From NCBI GenBank assembly GCA_905235375.1, contig CAJOLH010000003.1, forward strand, positions 85,268-149,267: a stretch of 64,000 bases of DNA, read 5' to 3'. The notes under the pieces are model-generated. The model saw nothing but the letters and a program-made list of their open reading frames with translations, searched no databases and was not told the DNA's origin. Origin of the DNA: an uncultured Bacteroidales bacterium (GTDB lineage: Bacteria > Bacteroidota > Bacteroidia > Bacteroidales > UBA3663). Made by a program: the position numbers and the translations under genes. Positions 54,201 through 64,000 of this stretch are shown piece after piece (position 1 is the first letter of the stretch; every line of letters begins with the position of its first letter).

Positions 54201-56003
54201 TTAATCGATGATACGCACACCGCCCTTGTCGGCTGAAGATACTGACTGGGCGTAGGCGCGCAATGCCTTGCTGACCACACGATGACGCTTCAGGGGCTGC
54301 TGCGGACGAGCAGCCAGTTCCTCGTCACTGAGCTTCACGTTGATCGAGCGTGTGGGAATATCAATGACGATGATGTCGCCGTCCTTGATCTTTCCGATGC
54401 TGCCACCTGCGGCTGCTTCAGGGCTGATGTGTCCGATGGAAAGGCCCGATGTGCCGCCTGAGAATCGTCCATCGGTGATGAGCGCACATTCCTTGCCCAG
54501 ATGCATCGACTTAATGTAAGAAGTCGGGTAGAGCATCTCCTGCATACCTGGGCCTCCCTTAGGGCCTTCATGAGTGATGACAACGCAGTCGCCTTTCTTG
54601 ACCTTGCCGCCAAGGATGCCTTCGCAAGCATCCTCCTGGGAATCGAAGCACACGGCAGGACCTTCGAAATGCCAGAGCTCGGGAGCCACGCCAGCCGTCT
54701 TGACGACGCAACCATCCTTTGCGATGTTGCCGAAAAGCACAGCCAGGCCTCCATCCTTGGTGTAGGCATGTTCGATGTCGCGGATACAGCCATTGGCACG
54801 ATCGGTGTCGAGCGTCTCCCACTGTGCATTCTGCGAACCCATCTTGATCGAGAACTTTCCGGCTGGAGCACTGTGATAGATGCGACTGGCCTCGGGGTCG
54901 ATGTTCTCCTTGAGGATGGAATACTTTTCGATGTCTTCACCGAGTGTTGCACCATTGATACGCTTGCAGCTAAGGTCGAGCAGATTGCCCTTGGCAAGTT
55001 CACCGAGGATGCCGAGGATGCCACCTGCACGATTCTCCTCCTGCACCGAATACTTCTGTGTATTGGGAGCAAGTTTGCAAAGGCAAGGCACTACGCGGCT
55101 TAGGCGGTCGATGTCCTTCATCTCGAAATCGACGCCACCCTCCTGCGCTACAGCAAGGAGGTGAAGCACTGTGTTCGAAGAGCCACCCATAGCGATGTCG
55201 AGCGTCATGGCATTGAGGAATGCTGCACGTGTGGCGATGCTGCGTGGCAACACGCTCTCGTCTCCCTCCTCATAATATTTCAATGCGTTCTTGACTATCA
55301 GCCGTGCTGCATCCTTGAAGAGTTGGATGCGGTTCACGTGAGTGGCCAGTATAGAGCCGTTGCCAGGCAGAGAGAGTCCGATGGCTTCGGTCAGAGAATT
55401 CATCGAATTGGCAGTAAACATACCAGAGCATGAACCGCACCCAGGGCATGCACAGCCTTCAATCTCTGCCATCTCCTCGTCGGTCACCGAAGGGTCGGCA
55501 CCCTTCACCATGGCGGTGATGAGGTCGGCATTCTCGCCACGCCACTTGCCAGCCTCCATAGGGCCTCCACTGCAGAAGACGGCAGGAATGTTGAGACGCA
55601 TGGCAGCCATCAGCATACCTGGAGTCACCTTGTCACAGTTCGAAATGCAGATCATCGCATCGGCCTTGTGTGCATTCACCATATACTCCACCGAGTCGGC
55701 AATGATGTCGCGCGAAGGAAGGGAATACAGCATACCGTCATGCCCCATGGCGATGCCGTCATCGACAGCTATTGTATTGAACTCAGCCGCATAGCAGCCG
55801 AGTTTCTCGATTTCAGCCTTCACAATCTGGCCAATTTCGTGCAGATGGGTATGACCCGGCACAAACTGGGTAAAGGAGTTGACGATGGCGATAACTGGCT
55901 TGCCAAACATTTCACGCTTCATTCCGTTGGCTACCCACAAGGCACGGGCACCAGCCATCCTGCGGCCTTCGTTGGTCTGAGCACTTCTAAGTTGAATCTT
56001 CAT
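54201..56003 (-). CDS. ilvD: Dihydroxy-acid dehydratase
   Basis: [18 protein letters not shown], then [12 protein letters not shown] and [17 protein letters not shown] are IlvD signatures. The start is set at MKIQLRS. Confidence 0.93.
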   Translation of the reverse strand: MKIQLRSAQTNEGRRMAGARALWVANGMKREMFGKPVIAIVNSFTQFVPGHTHLHEIGQIVKAEIEKLGCYAAEFNTIAVDDGIAMGHDGMLYSLPSRDIIADSVEYMVNAHKADAMICISNCDKVTPGMLMAAMRLNIPAVFCSGGPMEAGKWRGENADLITAMVKGADPSVTDEEMAEIEGCACPGCGSCSGMFTANSMNSLTEAIGLSLPGNGSILATHVNRIQLFKDAARLIVKNALKYYEEGDESVLPRSIATRAAFLNAMTLDIAMGGSSNTVLHLLAVAQEGGVDFEMKDIDRLSRVVPCLCKLAPNTQKYSVQEENRAGGILGILGELAKGNLLDLSCKRINGATLGEDIEKYSILKENIDPEASRIYHSAPAGKFSIKMGSQNAQWETLDTDRANGCIRDIEHAYTKDGGLAVLFGNIAKDGCVVKTAGVAPELWHFEGPAVCFDSQEDACEGILGGKVKKGDCVVITHEGPKGGPGMQEMLYPTSYIKSMHLGKECALITDGRFSGGTSGLSIGHISPEAAAGGSIGKIKDGDIIVIDIPTRSINVKLSDEELAARPQQPLKRHRVVSKALRAYAQSVSSADKGGVRIID

Positions 56004-56114
56004 TTTGTCGTAAAAACTAACCAAATTAACACAATACACGAAAAGTGACTGCAAAAATACAGACTTTTTTCGAAATATCCTCATAAAAAGAAAAATAATG
56101 ATGTAAATTCTTGA

Positions 56115-56453
56115 TTATTTCTTCATTTTTTTACAAAAAAGCAACTTTAAACGGCAAAATAACGCATTACATACAAAATAAAATGTCTCGAATGCTACGA
56201 CGTTGCGAAACAAAAGCAAGAGGCCCATCCTAAAAGGATGAGCCCCAATACAATAAAGTCTATAGCACCTCATTTTGCCGCGCAATCTCCGAAACAAAAG
56301 AATCGAGCCCTCTACAAGAGCAAATGCAACGATGAATTCAAGCAAAGCATCAACAAAATCTGCGTGGAAACGAGAAATGAGCTGGTCGAAACATGCCGCA
56401 ATAAGCGCCAAAACCAACACCCTTGCGACGAAAAACAAAAATGGCTTCATCAT
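56115..56453 (-). CDS. Possible small membrane protein (112 aa)
   Basis: The ORF begins 2 nt after the nadC stop and has a hydrophobic N-terminal half. The 3' part runs into AT-rich promoter DNA. There is no recognisable family. Confidence 0.3.
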   Translation of the reverse strand: MMKPFLFFVARVLVLALIAACFDQLISRFHADFVDALLEFIVAFALVEGSILLFRRLRGKMRCYRLYCIGAHPFRMGLLLLFRNVVAFETFYFVCNALFCRLKLLFCKKMKK

Positions 56454-56454
56454 C

Positions 56455-57309
56455 TCACTTCACCGCCTTGAACGACATGTCGAGACCCTTCACCGAATGG
56501 GTCAGGGCGCCGAACGAGATATAATCGACACCGGCATTGGCGTATGGCAGCATCGTGTCGTAGGTAATGCCGCCAGACGACTCCGTCTCGCAGCGATGAT
56601 TGACAATCTGCACAGCCTTGGCAGTATCTTCGGGGGTGAAGTTGTCGAACATGATGCGATCCACACCCTCGGCCAATGCTTCATCAAGTTCCGTGAAATT
56701 GCGCACCTCCACCTCGATCTTGAGATTCTTTCCCTTCTCCTTGCAGTACTGCTTGGCACGGCTGATGGCATTGTGGATGCCGCCAGCGAAATCGACATGA
56801 TTGTCCTTGAGCAGAATCATGTCGAACAGGCCGATGCGATGGTTGCAACCGCCGCCGATCTTGACCGCCATCTTTTCGAGGATGCGCATACCGGGAGTTG
56901 TCTTGCGGGTGTCGAGCACCTTGGTGCCTGTGCCTTCCAAAGCCTTGACGTAGCGGGCCGTCATGGTGGCAATACCGCTCATGCGCTGCATGATGTTGAG
57001 CATCAGACGCTCGGTCTGTAGCAGGCTCTGCTCCTTGCCCGTCACGACGAATGGCACATCACCCGGCACGACATGCGTACCATCCTGCATGAAGACCTCC
57101 ATCTTGAGTTCAGGATCAAAAGCATTGAACACACGTCGGGCAATATCGACACCGGCCAGAATGCCCTCCTCCTTAATCAGGAGTTTCTGCTTGCCGATAG
57201 CATCGGCAGGGATGCAGCAGAGCGTGGTGTGGTCTCCATCGCCGATATCCTCGGCAAAACTCAGTTTGATAAGCTCCTCGATGAGCTCATTGACAATCAG
57301 TTCATCCAT
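56455..57309 (-). CDS. nadC: Nicotinate-nucleotide pyrophosphorylase (carboxylating)
   Basis: EDIGDGDHTT..., then TRKTTPGMR and LLKDNH are NadC motifs. The ATG at 57309 was preferred to the TTG at 57318. Confidence 0.9.
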   Translation of the reverse strand: MDELIVNELIEELIKLSFAEDIGDGDHTTLCCIPADAIGKQKLLIKEEGILAGVDIARRVFNAFDPELKMEVFMQDGTHVVPGDVPFVVTGKEQSLLQTERLMLNIMQRMSGIATMTARYVKALEGTGTKVLDTRKTTPGMRILEKMAVKIGGGCNHRIGLFDMILLKDNHVDFAGGIHNAISRAKQYCKEKGKNLKIEVEVRNFTELDEALAEGVDRIMFDNFTPEDTAKAVQIVNHRCETESSGGITYDTMLPYANAGVDYISFGALTHSVKGLDMSFKAVK

Positions 57310-57321
57310 GATATGCAAGTG

Positions 57322-58503
57322 TTAAGTCATAGGGACAAAGGTCGTATCCTGTTCTCTGATAAGCTTTTCCTTGTTAAATACAGGATTGCTGTACATGGTG
57401 AGCAGCATATCCCACAGATAAGCCTCATCGCGGTTAGGAATGTCAATCTTGGCGAGCTGTTCGTTCAGATAGGAAATTACCTTGTTCTTCTCAGCTTCAT
57501 TATACATCTTCTTGTAGCGATCGGTCTGATATTTGAGGTCGTATGCCACATAGTTGATCGGGAAGAGCACCATTGCCTCGTGCAGCATTTTGTCGATGGT
57601 CTCGCAGACGCAGTTGACCTGTGCGTTCCTGTCGTTGATCCAGGGATACTGGTCGAAGACACCATTTAGCTCCGAGGTGAAGGTATAGCGGATGCGGCCC
57701 TTGTAGCCCATCATGCCCGTTGCCATGCTCTTCACGTCGTCGGCCTTGGTCTTCTTCCATGCAGGATTATCGCGCTTGAGCTGGAACTCGGCCGCCTTGA
57801 GGTAGTCACAGGGGTCATACTCATAGCTGATGGCAACAGGGATGGTGTGCAGCGCACGGACGTTCTGCATGTGATCCTTGCTCTTGCCTCCCAGCGAAAG
57901 CATCTTGATGACCGAAGCCTGGGTATTGTCGGAGTTGTCCTTCGAACGTCCTTCACGCTGTGCCATCCACACGGAGCGCTTCTTCTCAACAATCTCCTGA
58001 TGGATATAGGACGACATCTTGATCGACGACTCGAGCAACTGTCGGCCAGTAAGGTCACGACGCACAACGAAACTCTTGTTCATCCTGACAAGATCCTCAA
58101 TCCATGGGGCAGCAAACAGGTTGTTTCCGATGGCAATCTCGGAAGTCTCCCTGCCGCTCTTGGCAAGCAGGACGTTGAGCAGCGCCGAATCGAGCACGAT
58201 GTCCCGATGGTTGGTCACAAAGAGGTGCCCATTGGTGGGGTCAATCTGGTCAATGCCATAAGCCTCCACGCCGTCGGTGCACTTTTTGCACAACATATCG
58301 AGGATGAAAATGATTACCTTGGTTTGAAAATCCTTCACCGTCTTGCAGTTCCGGATGAGTGCTTTCATCTGCTCCAGATCGACATCTGGGAATCCGGCCT
58401 TGATGGCGCCCAATATTTCGGGACGATCGGCCAGTGGCCAGAGCTTCGAAGGAATGTCTTCATCGTTGTAGCAACGAATGTCATCAAAATTGTATTCTGC
58501 CAT
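57322..58503 (-). CDS. PlsC-family (lysophospholipid/glycerol) acyltransferase
   Basis: HX4D motif NHRDIVLD. 393 aa. Confidence 0.65.
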   Translation of the reverse strand: MAEYNFDDIRCYNDEDIPSKLWPLADRPEILGAIKAGFPDVDLEQMKALIRNCKTVKDFQTKVIIFILDMLCKKCTDGVEAYGIDQIDPTNGHLFVTNHRDIVLDSALLNVLLAKSGRETSEIAIGNNLFAAPWIEDLVRMNKSFVVRRDLTGRQLLESSIKMSSYIHQEIVEKKRSVWMAQREGRSKDNSDNTQASVIKMLSLGGKSKDHMQNVRALHTIPVAISYEYDPCDYLKAAEFQLKRDNPAWKKTKADDVKSMATGMMGYKGRIRYTFTSELNGVFDQYPWINDRNAQVNCVCETIDKMLHEAMVLFPINYVAYDLKYQTDRYKKMYNEAEKNKVISYLNEQLAKIDIPNRDEAYLWDMLLTMYSNPVFNKEKLIREQDTTFVPMT

Positions 58504-58527
58504 AATGCTTGTAGGATTACAATTAAA

Positions 58528-59520
58528 TTATAAAGATCCAAACGTAATTACGTCATCCATGACATCCGAGATGTCAAGACCAGCTGCTCTAACCTCCTGT
58601 GGGATAAACGAGGTGGCCGTCATGCCAGGAGTCGTGTTGACTTCCAGAAGATGCGGGGTGTCGCCGATGATGATGTAATCAACACGGATGATACCCTTGG
58701 CGCCTACATATCCATAGATTCGCCTGGTCAACGCTTGTATCTTCTGGGTCATTTCGTCAGAAATGCGTGCAGGAGTTATCTCCTCCACTGCGCCATTATA
58801 TTTTGCATCGACATCGAAGAACTCCTTCTTCGAGACGACTTCCGTGATCGGCAAGGCACTCAGTCCGTTGCGGGAGGTATAGCATCCGCAGGTAACCTCG
58901 GTGCCTTGCATAAAACTTTCGATGATAACCTCGCCTGTCGCTTCCCGTTTGGCTGCTGCAATGGCGGGCTGCAGCTCCTCTGGAGTCTTCACCTTGGTGG
59001 TGGCATACGACGAGCCTCCGGCATTGGGCTTGACAAAGACGGGGAGACCCAGTTCGCTGACACACTGCTCAGTACCCACTTCCTCACCTGCACGCAGCAG
59101 GATGCTCTTGGCAACGGGGATGCCGAAGGTCGAAAGATAACGATTGCAAGTATATTTCGAACAAGTAAGAGACGCTGCCAGCACGCCGCAGCAGCTGTAG
59201 GGCATACGTATCATGTCGAAATATCCCTGCAGGATGCCATTTTCGCCTGGAGTGCCGTGGATGATGATATAGGCGAAGTCGAAGGTGAGCTTCACCCCGT
59301 CCTTCACCACCGAAAAGTCCTCACGATCGACAGGCCATGTCCTGTCCCAGTCGTACTGCTGGCCGTCATACTGCACCATTTTCCATTCGGTGCCCCTGAT
59401 GACGATGATACTCGTTTCGTATTTGTTGTGGTCCACGAAGCTCCAAATGCCCTGGGCACTGCGGAGCGAAACCACATATTCGCTGGAGTCACCTCCAGCC
59501 ACAATAGCTATTTTTTTCAT
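58528..59520 (-). CDS. ddl: D-alanine--D-alanine ligase
   Basis: MKKIAIVAGGDSSEYVVSLRSA, then an ATP-grasp region, then the C-terminal IRVDYII...LLEVNTTPGMT. ATGA overlap with rluD. Confidence 0.92.
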   Translation of the reverse strand: MKKIAIVAGGDSSEYVVSLRSAQGIWSFVDHNKYETSIIVIRGTEWKMVQYDGQQYDWDRTWPVDREDFSVVKDGVKLTFDFAYIIIHGTPGENGILQGYFDMIRMPYSCCGVLAASLTCSKYTCNRYLSTFGIPVAKSILLRAGEEVGTEQCVSELGLPVFVKPNAGGSSYATTKVKTPEELQPAIAAAKREATGEVIIESFMQGTEVTCGCYTSRNGLSALPITEVVSKKEFFDVDAKYNGAVEEITPARISDEMTQKIQALTRRIYGYVGAKGIIRVDYIIIGDTPHLLEVNTTPGMTATSFIPQEVRAAGLDISDVMDDVITFGSL

Positions 59521-60629
59521 CAATAGTTTCTGTTACTAACATATTCCCGCCACTTTTCGACGAGTCGGGCCATGTCGGCGGGTAATGGGGCCTCGAAGTC
59601 CATCTCCTCGCCTGTGCGGGGGTGGCGGAATCCGAGCGTCCCGGCATGTAATGCCTGTCGCGGACAGATGTCGAAGCAGTTACGCACGAACTGCGAATAT
59701 TTCGCGAAGGTGGTGCCTTTCAGAATCTGGTCACCTCCGTATGTCTTGTCGTTGAAGAGCGTGTGCCCCGCGTGTTTCATGTGGACACGTATCTGGTGCG
59801 TTCGTCCGGTTTCAAGCCGGCACTCCACCAGCGTGACGTACCCCAGTCGCTCCATCACACGATAATGTGTGACGGCGGGCTTGCCCTCTTCGCTTCCTTC
59901 AGGATAGTATTCCATCAGGGTACGGTCGCGCTTGTTGCGCCCGATATTCCCCACAACGGTTCCTTCATCCTGGTCCACATATCCCCAAACCAGGGCAGTG
60001 TAGAGGCGACGTGTCGTCTTGTGGAAGAACTGTCGGCTGAGCGAAGTGCCTGCATCTTCGTTCTTGGCAATCACCAACAGGCCGGAGGTCTCCTTGTCGA
60101 TGCGATGCACCAGCCCCAAGCGCTTCTGGAAGTCGGGCTTCTGCCCTGCTTCGCTCGCCTCAGCTCCTTCTTCGGCATCCTCGCCATCTTCGGCCTCTCC
60201 AGCCAAGTCAAGCTCTATGCCTTCCTGTAGGAAATGCCATGCGAGGGCATTGACCAGCGTCCCGGTATAATTACCATGCCCAGGGTGAACCACCATGCCG
60301 GCAGGCTTGTTCACCACCAGCAAATCATCGTCCTCATAAACGATGTCGAGCGGGATGTCTTCGGGTAAAATCTCGGTGGAATGACGCGGGCGATCCATCA
60401 TGACCTGCACCACGTCGCCGGGACGAACCTTGTAGTTCGACTTCTCGGGTTTGCCGTTGACAAGGATAAATCCGCCATCGGCAGCATTCTGGATGCGGTT
60501 GCGACTGGTGCCTACGATACGATCCACCAGAAACTTATCGACACGCAACGGCCCCTGACCTCTGTCGGCAACGAATCGGAAGTGCTCGAACAGTTCCTCC
60601 TGTCCTTTATCCTCGGTTATTCCAGCCAT
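59520..60629 (-). CDS. rluD: RluA/RluD-family 23S rRNA pseudouridine synthase
   Basis: S4 domain (RVDKFL...SRNRIQNA), the catalytic HRIDKETSGLLV motif, and the C-terminal TGRTHQIRVH. Contains an acidic insertion (EAEDGEDAEEGAEASEAG). Confidence 0.88.
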   Translation of the reverse strand: MAGITEDKGQEELFEHFRFVADRGQGPLRVDKFLVDRIVGTSRNRIQNAADGGFILVNGKPEKSNYKVRPGDVVQVMMDRPRHSTEILPEDIPLDIVYEDDDLLVVNKPAGMVVHPGHGNYTGTLVNALAWHFLQEGIELDLAGEAEDGEDAEEGAEASEAGQKPDFQKRLGLVHRIDKETSGLLVIAKNEDAGTSLSRQFFHKTTRRLYTALVWGYVDQDEGTVVGNIGRNKRDRTLMEYYPEGSEEGKPAVTHYRVMERLGYVTLVECRLETGRTHQIRVHMKHAGHTLFNDKTYGGDQILKGTTFAKYSQFVRNCFDICPRQALHAGTLGFRHPRTGEEMDFEAPLPADMARLVEKWREYVSNRNY

Positions 60630-61231
60630 TGCTCCTCGGATTCTTCGTTCTCGGGTTCCAGTTCCAGATTGCTGTTGCCCACCGAAATCACGACGTGCGT
60701 CCCAAAGGGATATTCAGCCCCCGGCACCATCTCTTCCTCACCAGAAGTAACGCTGAGCACCAGGTCGTGCATCTCAGAAGGCACCTGCCTCACCGAATCG
60801 ACCACAAATCCCAGCGAACGCAGTGTCGAGAGCGCCTGACGACTGCCGCCCTCGCGCACCTCCTGCATCTTCACCATGCGTACGCCAAGGGCATTGATGG
60901 TGAGATAGACGATACGTCCCTTCTTGACAGGAAGGCCTGCGGTCGGCAGCTGCTCAACCACAGCACCCGGCTGAATGTTAGCATAGACCGAATCGATAAT
61001 CATCGATTTCAGTCCGGCATTGTCGAGAATACGCTCGGCTTCGGGAGCAGGGATGCCCGCCAAACGGGGAACTTCGACACGCTCGTTGTGATGCGTGTAG
61101 GAGTTCATCCAAAGCGAAAGACACGTCAAGACAGCCACCGTGGCAACGATGATACCCAATATCGAGAGTCCTACCATTTTGCCGAAGTAGCCCCATTGGC
61201 TCTTGCGGCCATTATTTTCTTCTTGTGCCAA
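60617..61231 (-). CDS. PASTA domain-containing membrane protein
   Basis: N-terminal TM segment followed by PASTA-like repeats (VEVPRLAGIPAPEAERIL...GLKSMIID). The start is a TTG in the ORF track. A -7 box (TATCTTTG, minus strand) lies at 61262-61269. Confidence 0.6.
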   Translation of the reverse strand: MAQEENNGRKSQWGYFGKMVGLSILGIIVATVAVLTCLSLWMNSYTHHNERVEVPRLAGIPAPEAERILDNAGLKSMIIDSVYANIQPGAVVEQLPTAGLPVKKGRIVYLTINALGVRMVKMQEVREGGSRQALSTLRSLGFVVDSVRQVPSEMHDLVLSVTSGEEEMVPGAEYPFGTHVVISVGNSNLELEPENEESEEQWLE

Positions 61232-61363
61232 ATTTATACCTTATTAAATAAAATAACGGCGCAAAGATAGCGCTTTTTGTGAATAAAAACAAACAAAAGG
61301 CAAAAAAATCTGCAATATTTAAAAAAGTTGCAGTCAATTGACCCGTATTTCACAAAAAATACG

Positions 61364-61371
61364 TACCTTTG
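61364..61371 (+). promoter_or_regulatory. Bacteroidota -7 box (TACCTTTG) for the 61436 gene
   Basis: TAnnTTTG match 65 nt upstream of the ATG. Confidence 0.45.
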
Positions 61372-61435
61372 CGCCGCATTTGTGCCCTTCGCTATGCGCG
61401 AATAGCCCATCAGTCCGAAAAACATCAAGACAAAT

Positions 61436-62317
61436 ATGAAGAATAAGGTTATTATCATTGCCGCTGCCATCGTCCTCCTTGCCTTGCTGGGCGGTGGTGG
61501 CTATTACATCTGGCGTCAACAGCAGACCATCGAAGAGCTCACCGAGGGCTTTGCGCTCGAAAAGGAACAGCTCGAAGATGAATACACCCAGCTCGCCATC
61601 CAGTACGAAGGCTACAAGCTGCAGGTCAACAACGACTCGCTCGAACAGAAACTCGAGGATCAGCGCATCAAGATACAGCGCCTCGTCGAGGAACTGCGCC
61701 AGACCAAGGCACAGGATGCCCGCCGCATTGCCGCCCTCAAGAAGGAACTCGAGACGGTACGCGGCGTTCTCCGCTACTATGTCGCACAGGTCGATTCGCT
61801 CAACAAGGTCAACGATGCCCTCGTGGCCGAAAACCAGCAGATTCGCAGCGACATGCGCTCAGTGCAGCAGCAAAATCAGCAGGTGCGTCAGCAGAACGAG
61901 ACCCTCACCAAGCAGGTCACCGTGGCCGCTCAGCTCGCTGCCACCAACGTCTCCGTAACAGCCCTCGACCGCAAGGACAAGGTCGAGAAACGCAACCGCG
62001 TCGATAAGCTCGCCAAGTTCCAGATAAACTTCACCATCGCTGCCAACGTCACCGCACAGACCGGCGAGAAGGACATCTATCTGCGCATCCTGCGTCCCAG
62101 CGACGAAGTTCTCACCAACGGACAGAGCGGCAAGTTCAAGTACGAGAACGCAAAGCTCGACTACTCGGCTCGCAAAACCATCGAATTCGGAGGTGAAGAG
62201 ACTCCGGTAACCATGTTCTACAAACGCGGCGAGGCCCTCGATGCAGGCACCTATCGCGTGGAAATCTATGCCGATGGCAACATGATAGGCCGCGGCTCTA
62301 TCGCACTCAAGAAGTAG
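61436..62317 (+). CDS. Membrane-anchored coiled-coil protein of unknown function (293 aa)
   Basis: N-terminal TM segment (VIIIAAAIVLLALLGGGGYYIW), a long Q/E-rich coiled coil, and a C-terminal beta-rich domain. Confidence 0.6.
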   Translation: MKNKVIIIAAAIVLLALLGGGGYYIWRQQQTIEELTEGFALEKEQLEDEYTQLAIQYEGYKLQVNNDSLEQKLEDQRIKIQRLVEELRQTKAQDARRIAALKKELETVRGVLRYYVAQVDSLNKVNDALVAENQQIRSDMRSVQQQNQQVRQQNETLTKQVTVAAQLAATNVSVTALDRKDKVEKRNRVDKLAKFQINFTIAANVTAQTGEKDIYLRILRPSDEVLTNGQSGKFKYENAKLDYSARKTIEFGGEETPVTMFYKRGEALDAGTYRVEIYADGNMIGRGSIALKK

Positions 62318-62395
62318 TTCCATTTCCCTATATCCCGAATTGGGGAATGAGCGATTGTTGACGTTCAATCCGATAATTCGGGACATCCTAATGAC

Positions 62396-63799
62396 ATGAA
62401 CGAGATCTTCTGGCGCATCCGCCTCTTCTGGAGGTTTCTGAAGCACGACATCTGGAGTTACACGAACGAAGACGTCCGTGGCACCTACCTTTGGCTGATG
62501 AACATCTTCAAGGCGGTCTATTTGTCCATACGCTTCTTCCTCGCTCATCGCATCATGGAGCGTGCCTCGGCGCTCACCTACTATACGCTGCTCGCTCTCG
62601 TCCCCACCGTGGCGCTTGCCCTCGGCATAGGCCGAGGCTTCGGTATGCAGGAGATGTTCTACAACCTCATTACCGACGCCTTCCCCGGCCAAGTCGAGGT
62701 TATCGATTATATCAACAACTTTGCCGAGAGGTACCTCGAACGCGCCACCTCAAGCATCATCATCGGCATCGGCATAGTCCTCCTGCTCTGGGTCATCTAT
62801 TCGCTCATCAGCAACATCGAGGATGTCTTCAACGGGATATGGCAGGTGAAGGACGGTCGCAGCACCATTCGCCGCATCACCGACTACCTCAGCATCATCT
62901 TCCTCGTCCCCACCTTCCTCGCCATCAGCTCAGGAACGCAGCTCTTCCTCCAGACCTACATCTTGACTGACATGTACGACTACGTGCTCAGTCAGACCCT
63001 GCTCACCATCCTCCGCTGCATTCCCTCCGTCTTCACCATCCTGCTCCTGACGTTCATCTATATCGTCATCCCCAACTGCAAGGTGCGTTTTCTCAATGCC
63101 TTTGCAGCGGCTGTCATTGCCGGCTCGGCGTTTCTCCTCTTCCAGTGGCTCTATATCCACGGACAGATATGGGTCAGCAAGTACAACGCCATCTACGGCT
63201 CGTTTGCTGCACTACCGCTCCTCCTGCTCTGGGTGCAGATGTCGTGGATCATCTGCCTCTATGGCGCCGAGCTGTCATACGCCTCGCAGAACATCCAGAA
63301 CTACAATTTCGAGAATGTCGAAGAGAGACTCTCGCGCCAGGATCGCGACTTCCTCCTCGTCCTCGTGGCAGGCATCATCTACAACAGGTTCGCCAACGAG
63401 GTGCCTGCTCCCACCACCGAGGAGGTAGGACAGGCGCTCAAGCTGCCTGCCCGTCTGACGGGTAGCCTCATCCGCCAGCTCGCCGACATCAACGTCATTC
63501 GCGAAGCATATCCCACCAACAAGAACAAGCTCAACAACTGGATACCCGGCAAGGAGACCGACAAGCTCTCCATCGCCGCACTCTTCGAGCTGCTGGCTTC
63601 CGACGGCGAAAACCTCTTGAAGATCAACTATTCAAAATACTTCCCCAAAGAATACAGGGCCTGCGAGGCAATGCGCCAAGCGGCAATCCAACAGGGTCAG
63701 TCAATCCTCTTGCGCGACATTAACCTCGACCATTTTAAACCCTTGGCAGCTTCCCTTGTCAAAAAGAAAAAACAAAAGACCCCTAAAAACAATTTGTAA
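62396..63799 (+). CDS. YihY/BrkB-family membrane protein
   Basis: RASALTYYTLLALVPTVALALGI and WVQMSWIICLYGAELSYA are typical YihY blocks. There is an extra C-terminal soluble domain. Confidence 0.8.
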   Translation: MNEIFWRIRLFWRFLKHDIWSYTNEDVRGTYLWLMNIFKAVYLSIRFFLAHRIMERASALTYYTLLALVPTVALALGIGRGFGMQEMFYNLITDAFPGQVEVIDYINNFAERYLERATSSIIIGIGIVLLLWVIYSLISNIEDVFNGIWQVKDGRSTIRRITDYLSIIFLVPTFLAISSGTQLFLQTYILTDMYDYVLSQTLLTILRCIPSVFTILLLTFIYIVIPNCKVRFLNAFAAAVIAGSAFLLFQWLYIHGQIWVSKYNAIYGSFAALPLLLLWVQMSWIICLYGAELSYASQNIQNYNFENVEERLSRQDRDFLLVLVAGIIYNRFANEVPAPTTEEVGQALKLPARLTGSLIRQLADINVIREAYPTNKNKLNNWIPGKETDKLSIAALFELLASDGENLLKINYSKYFPKEYRACEAMRQAAIQQGQSILLRDINLDHFKPLAASLVKKKKQKTPKNNL

Positions 63800-63809
63800 T
63801 TTTTAAACA

Positions 63810-64000
63810 ATGAAACAGAAACTAATGTCCGCTGCCCTCGTGGCAGCCTTGGCTCTGCTCAGCAGCAGTTGCGTTACACAGAAGAAGTACTCGGAGCTAC
63901 AAGATGACTATGACCTCCTGATGAGTCAGTTTAACGATGCAAAGATTGCCCTTGCCACCTGCGAAACGAGCAGCAAGAGCATCGAAGAGCGCCTGGAAGA
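63810..64000 (+). CDS. Lipoprotein, N-terminal fragment (possibly OmpA-family); continues beyond the window
   Basis: MKQKLMSAALVAALALLSSSC is a lipobox, followed by a coiled-coil-like sequence. The frame stays open to the window end. Confidence 0.5.
   Translation, partial: MKQKLMSAALVAALALLSSSCVTQKKYSELQDDYDLLMSQFNDAKIALATCETSSKSIEERLE

Noticed and set aside
60130-60225. An acidic insertion (EAEDGEDAEEGAEASEAG) in RluD, as a possible repeat-element insertion like those in the GT, phosphatase and pectinase
   Set aside because: The DNA shows no tandem period, no palindrome, and no similarity to the other repeat families in the window. It is probably a lineage-specific surface loop.

Overview
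The window reads as a chromosomal segment of a Bacteroidota genome, probably Prevotellaceae. This rests on a SusC/SusD pair, TAnnTTTG -7 promoter boxes, lipoprotein and T9SS-type sorting signals, and about 50-55% GC; no database search was possible. Gene content, left to right: (1) A host/yeast-glycan operon at 1-8.1 kb: GH89 C-terminus, GH92, a small secreted protein, an HGSNAT-like membrane acetyltransferase, a GH28-like lipoprotein and a histidine acid phosphatase. (2) A second GH92, a DUF4954-like beta-helix protein, nnrD and a MATE pump. (3) A pectin-type PUL at 15.3-29.6 kb: SusC, SusD and three large secreted proteins that each end in a T9SS-like C-terminal tail, one of them a 1430-aa PL1 pectate lyase / CE8 pectin methylesterase fusion. 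(4) A non-coding region at 29.6-30.5 kb with an orphan promoter and an 11-copy 42-bp hairpin repeat array. (5) A frameshifted Fe-alcohol dehydrogenase, a GT2, miaA and an alanine/cation symporter. (6) A surface-glycan locus at 35.3-45.1 kb: GTs, a CotH-like protein, a Wzx flippase, and an FdtA / aminotransferase (frameshifted) / acyltransferase module. (7) Housekeeping genes: M23 peptidase, DUF4292-like, TPR, radical SAM, ilvDBNC, nadC, a PlsC-like acyltransferase, ddl, rluD, a PASTA protein and a YihY-family protein. The most unusual signals are not genes. First, short C-rich/palindromic repeat elements punctuate the PUL intergenic regions and also sit in-frame inside three coding sequences. 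Second, there is a phased 42-bp inverted-repeat array behind a gene-less promoter. Third, there is a promoter-plus-terminator-bounded small RNA candidate. No rRNA, tRNA, CRISPR, transposase or recognisable defence genes were seen. Start codons were chosen by eye from ATG position, signal peptides and promoter boxes, and may be off by a few codons.
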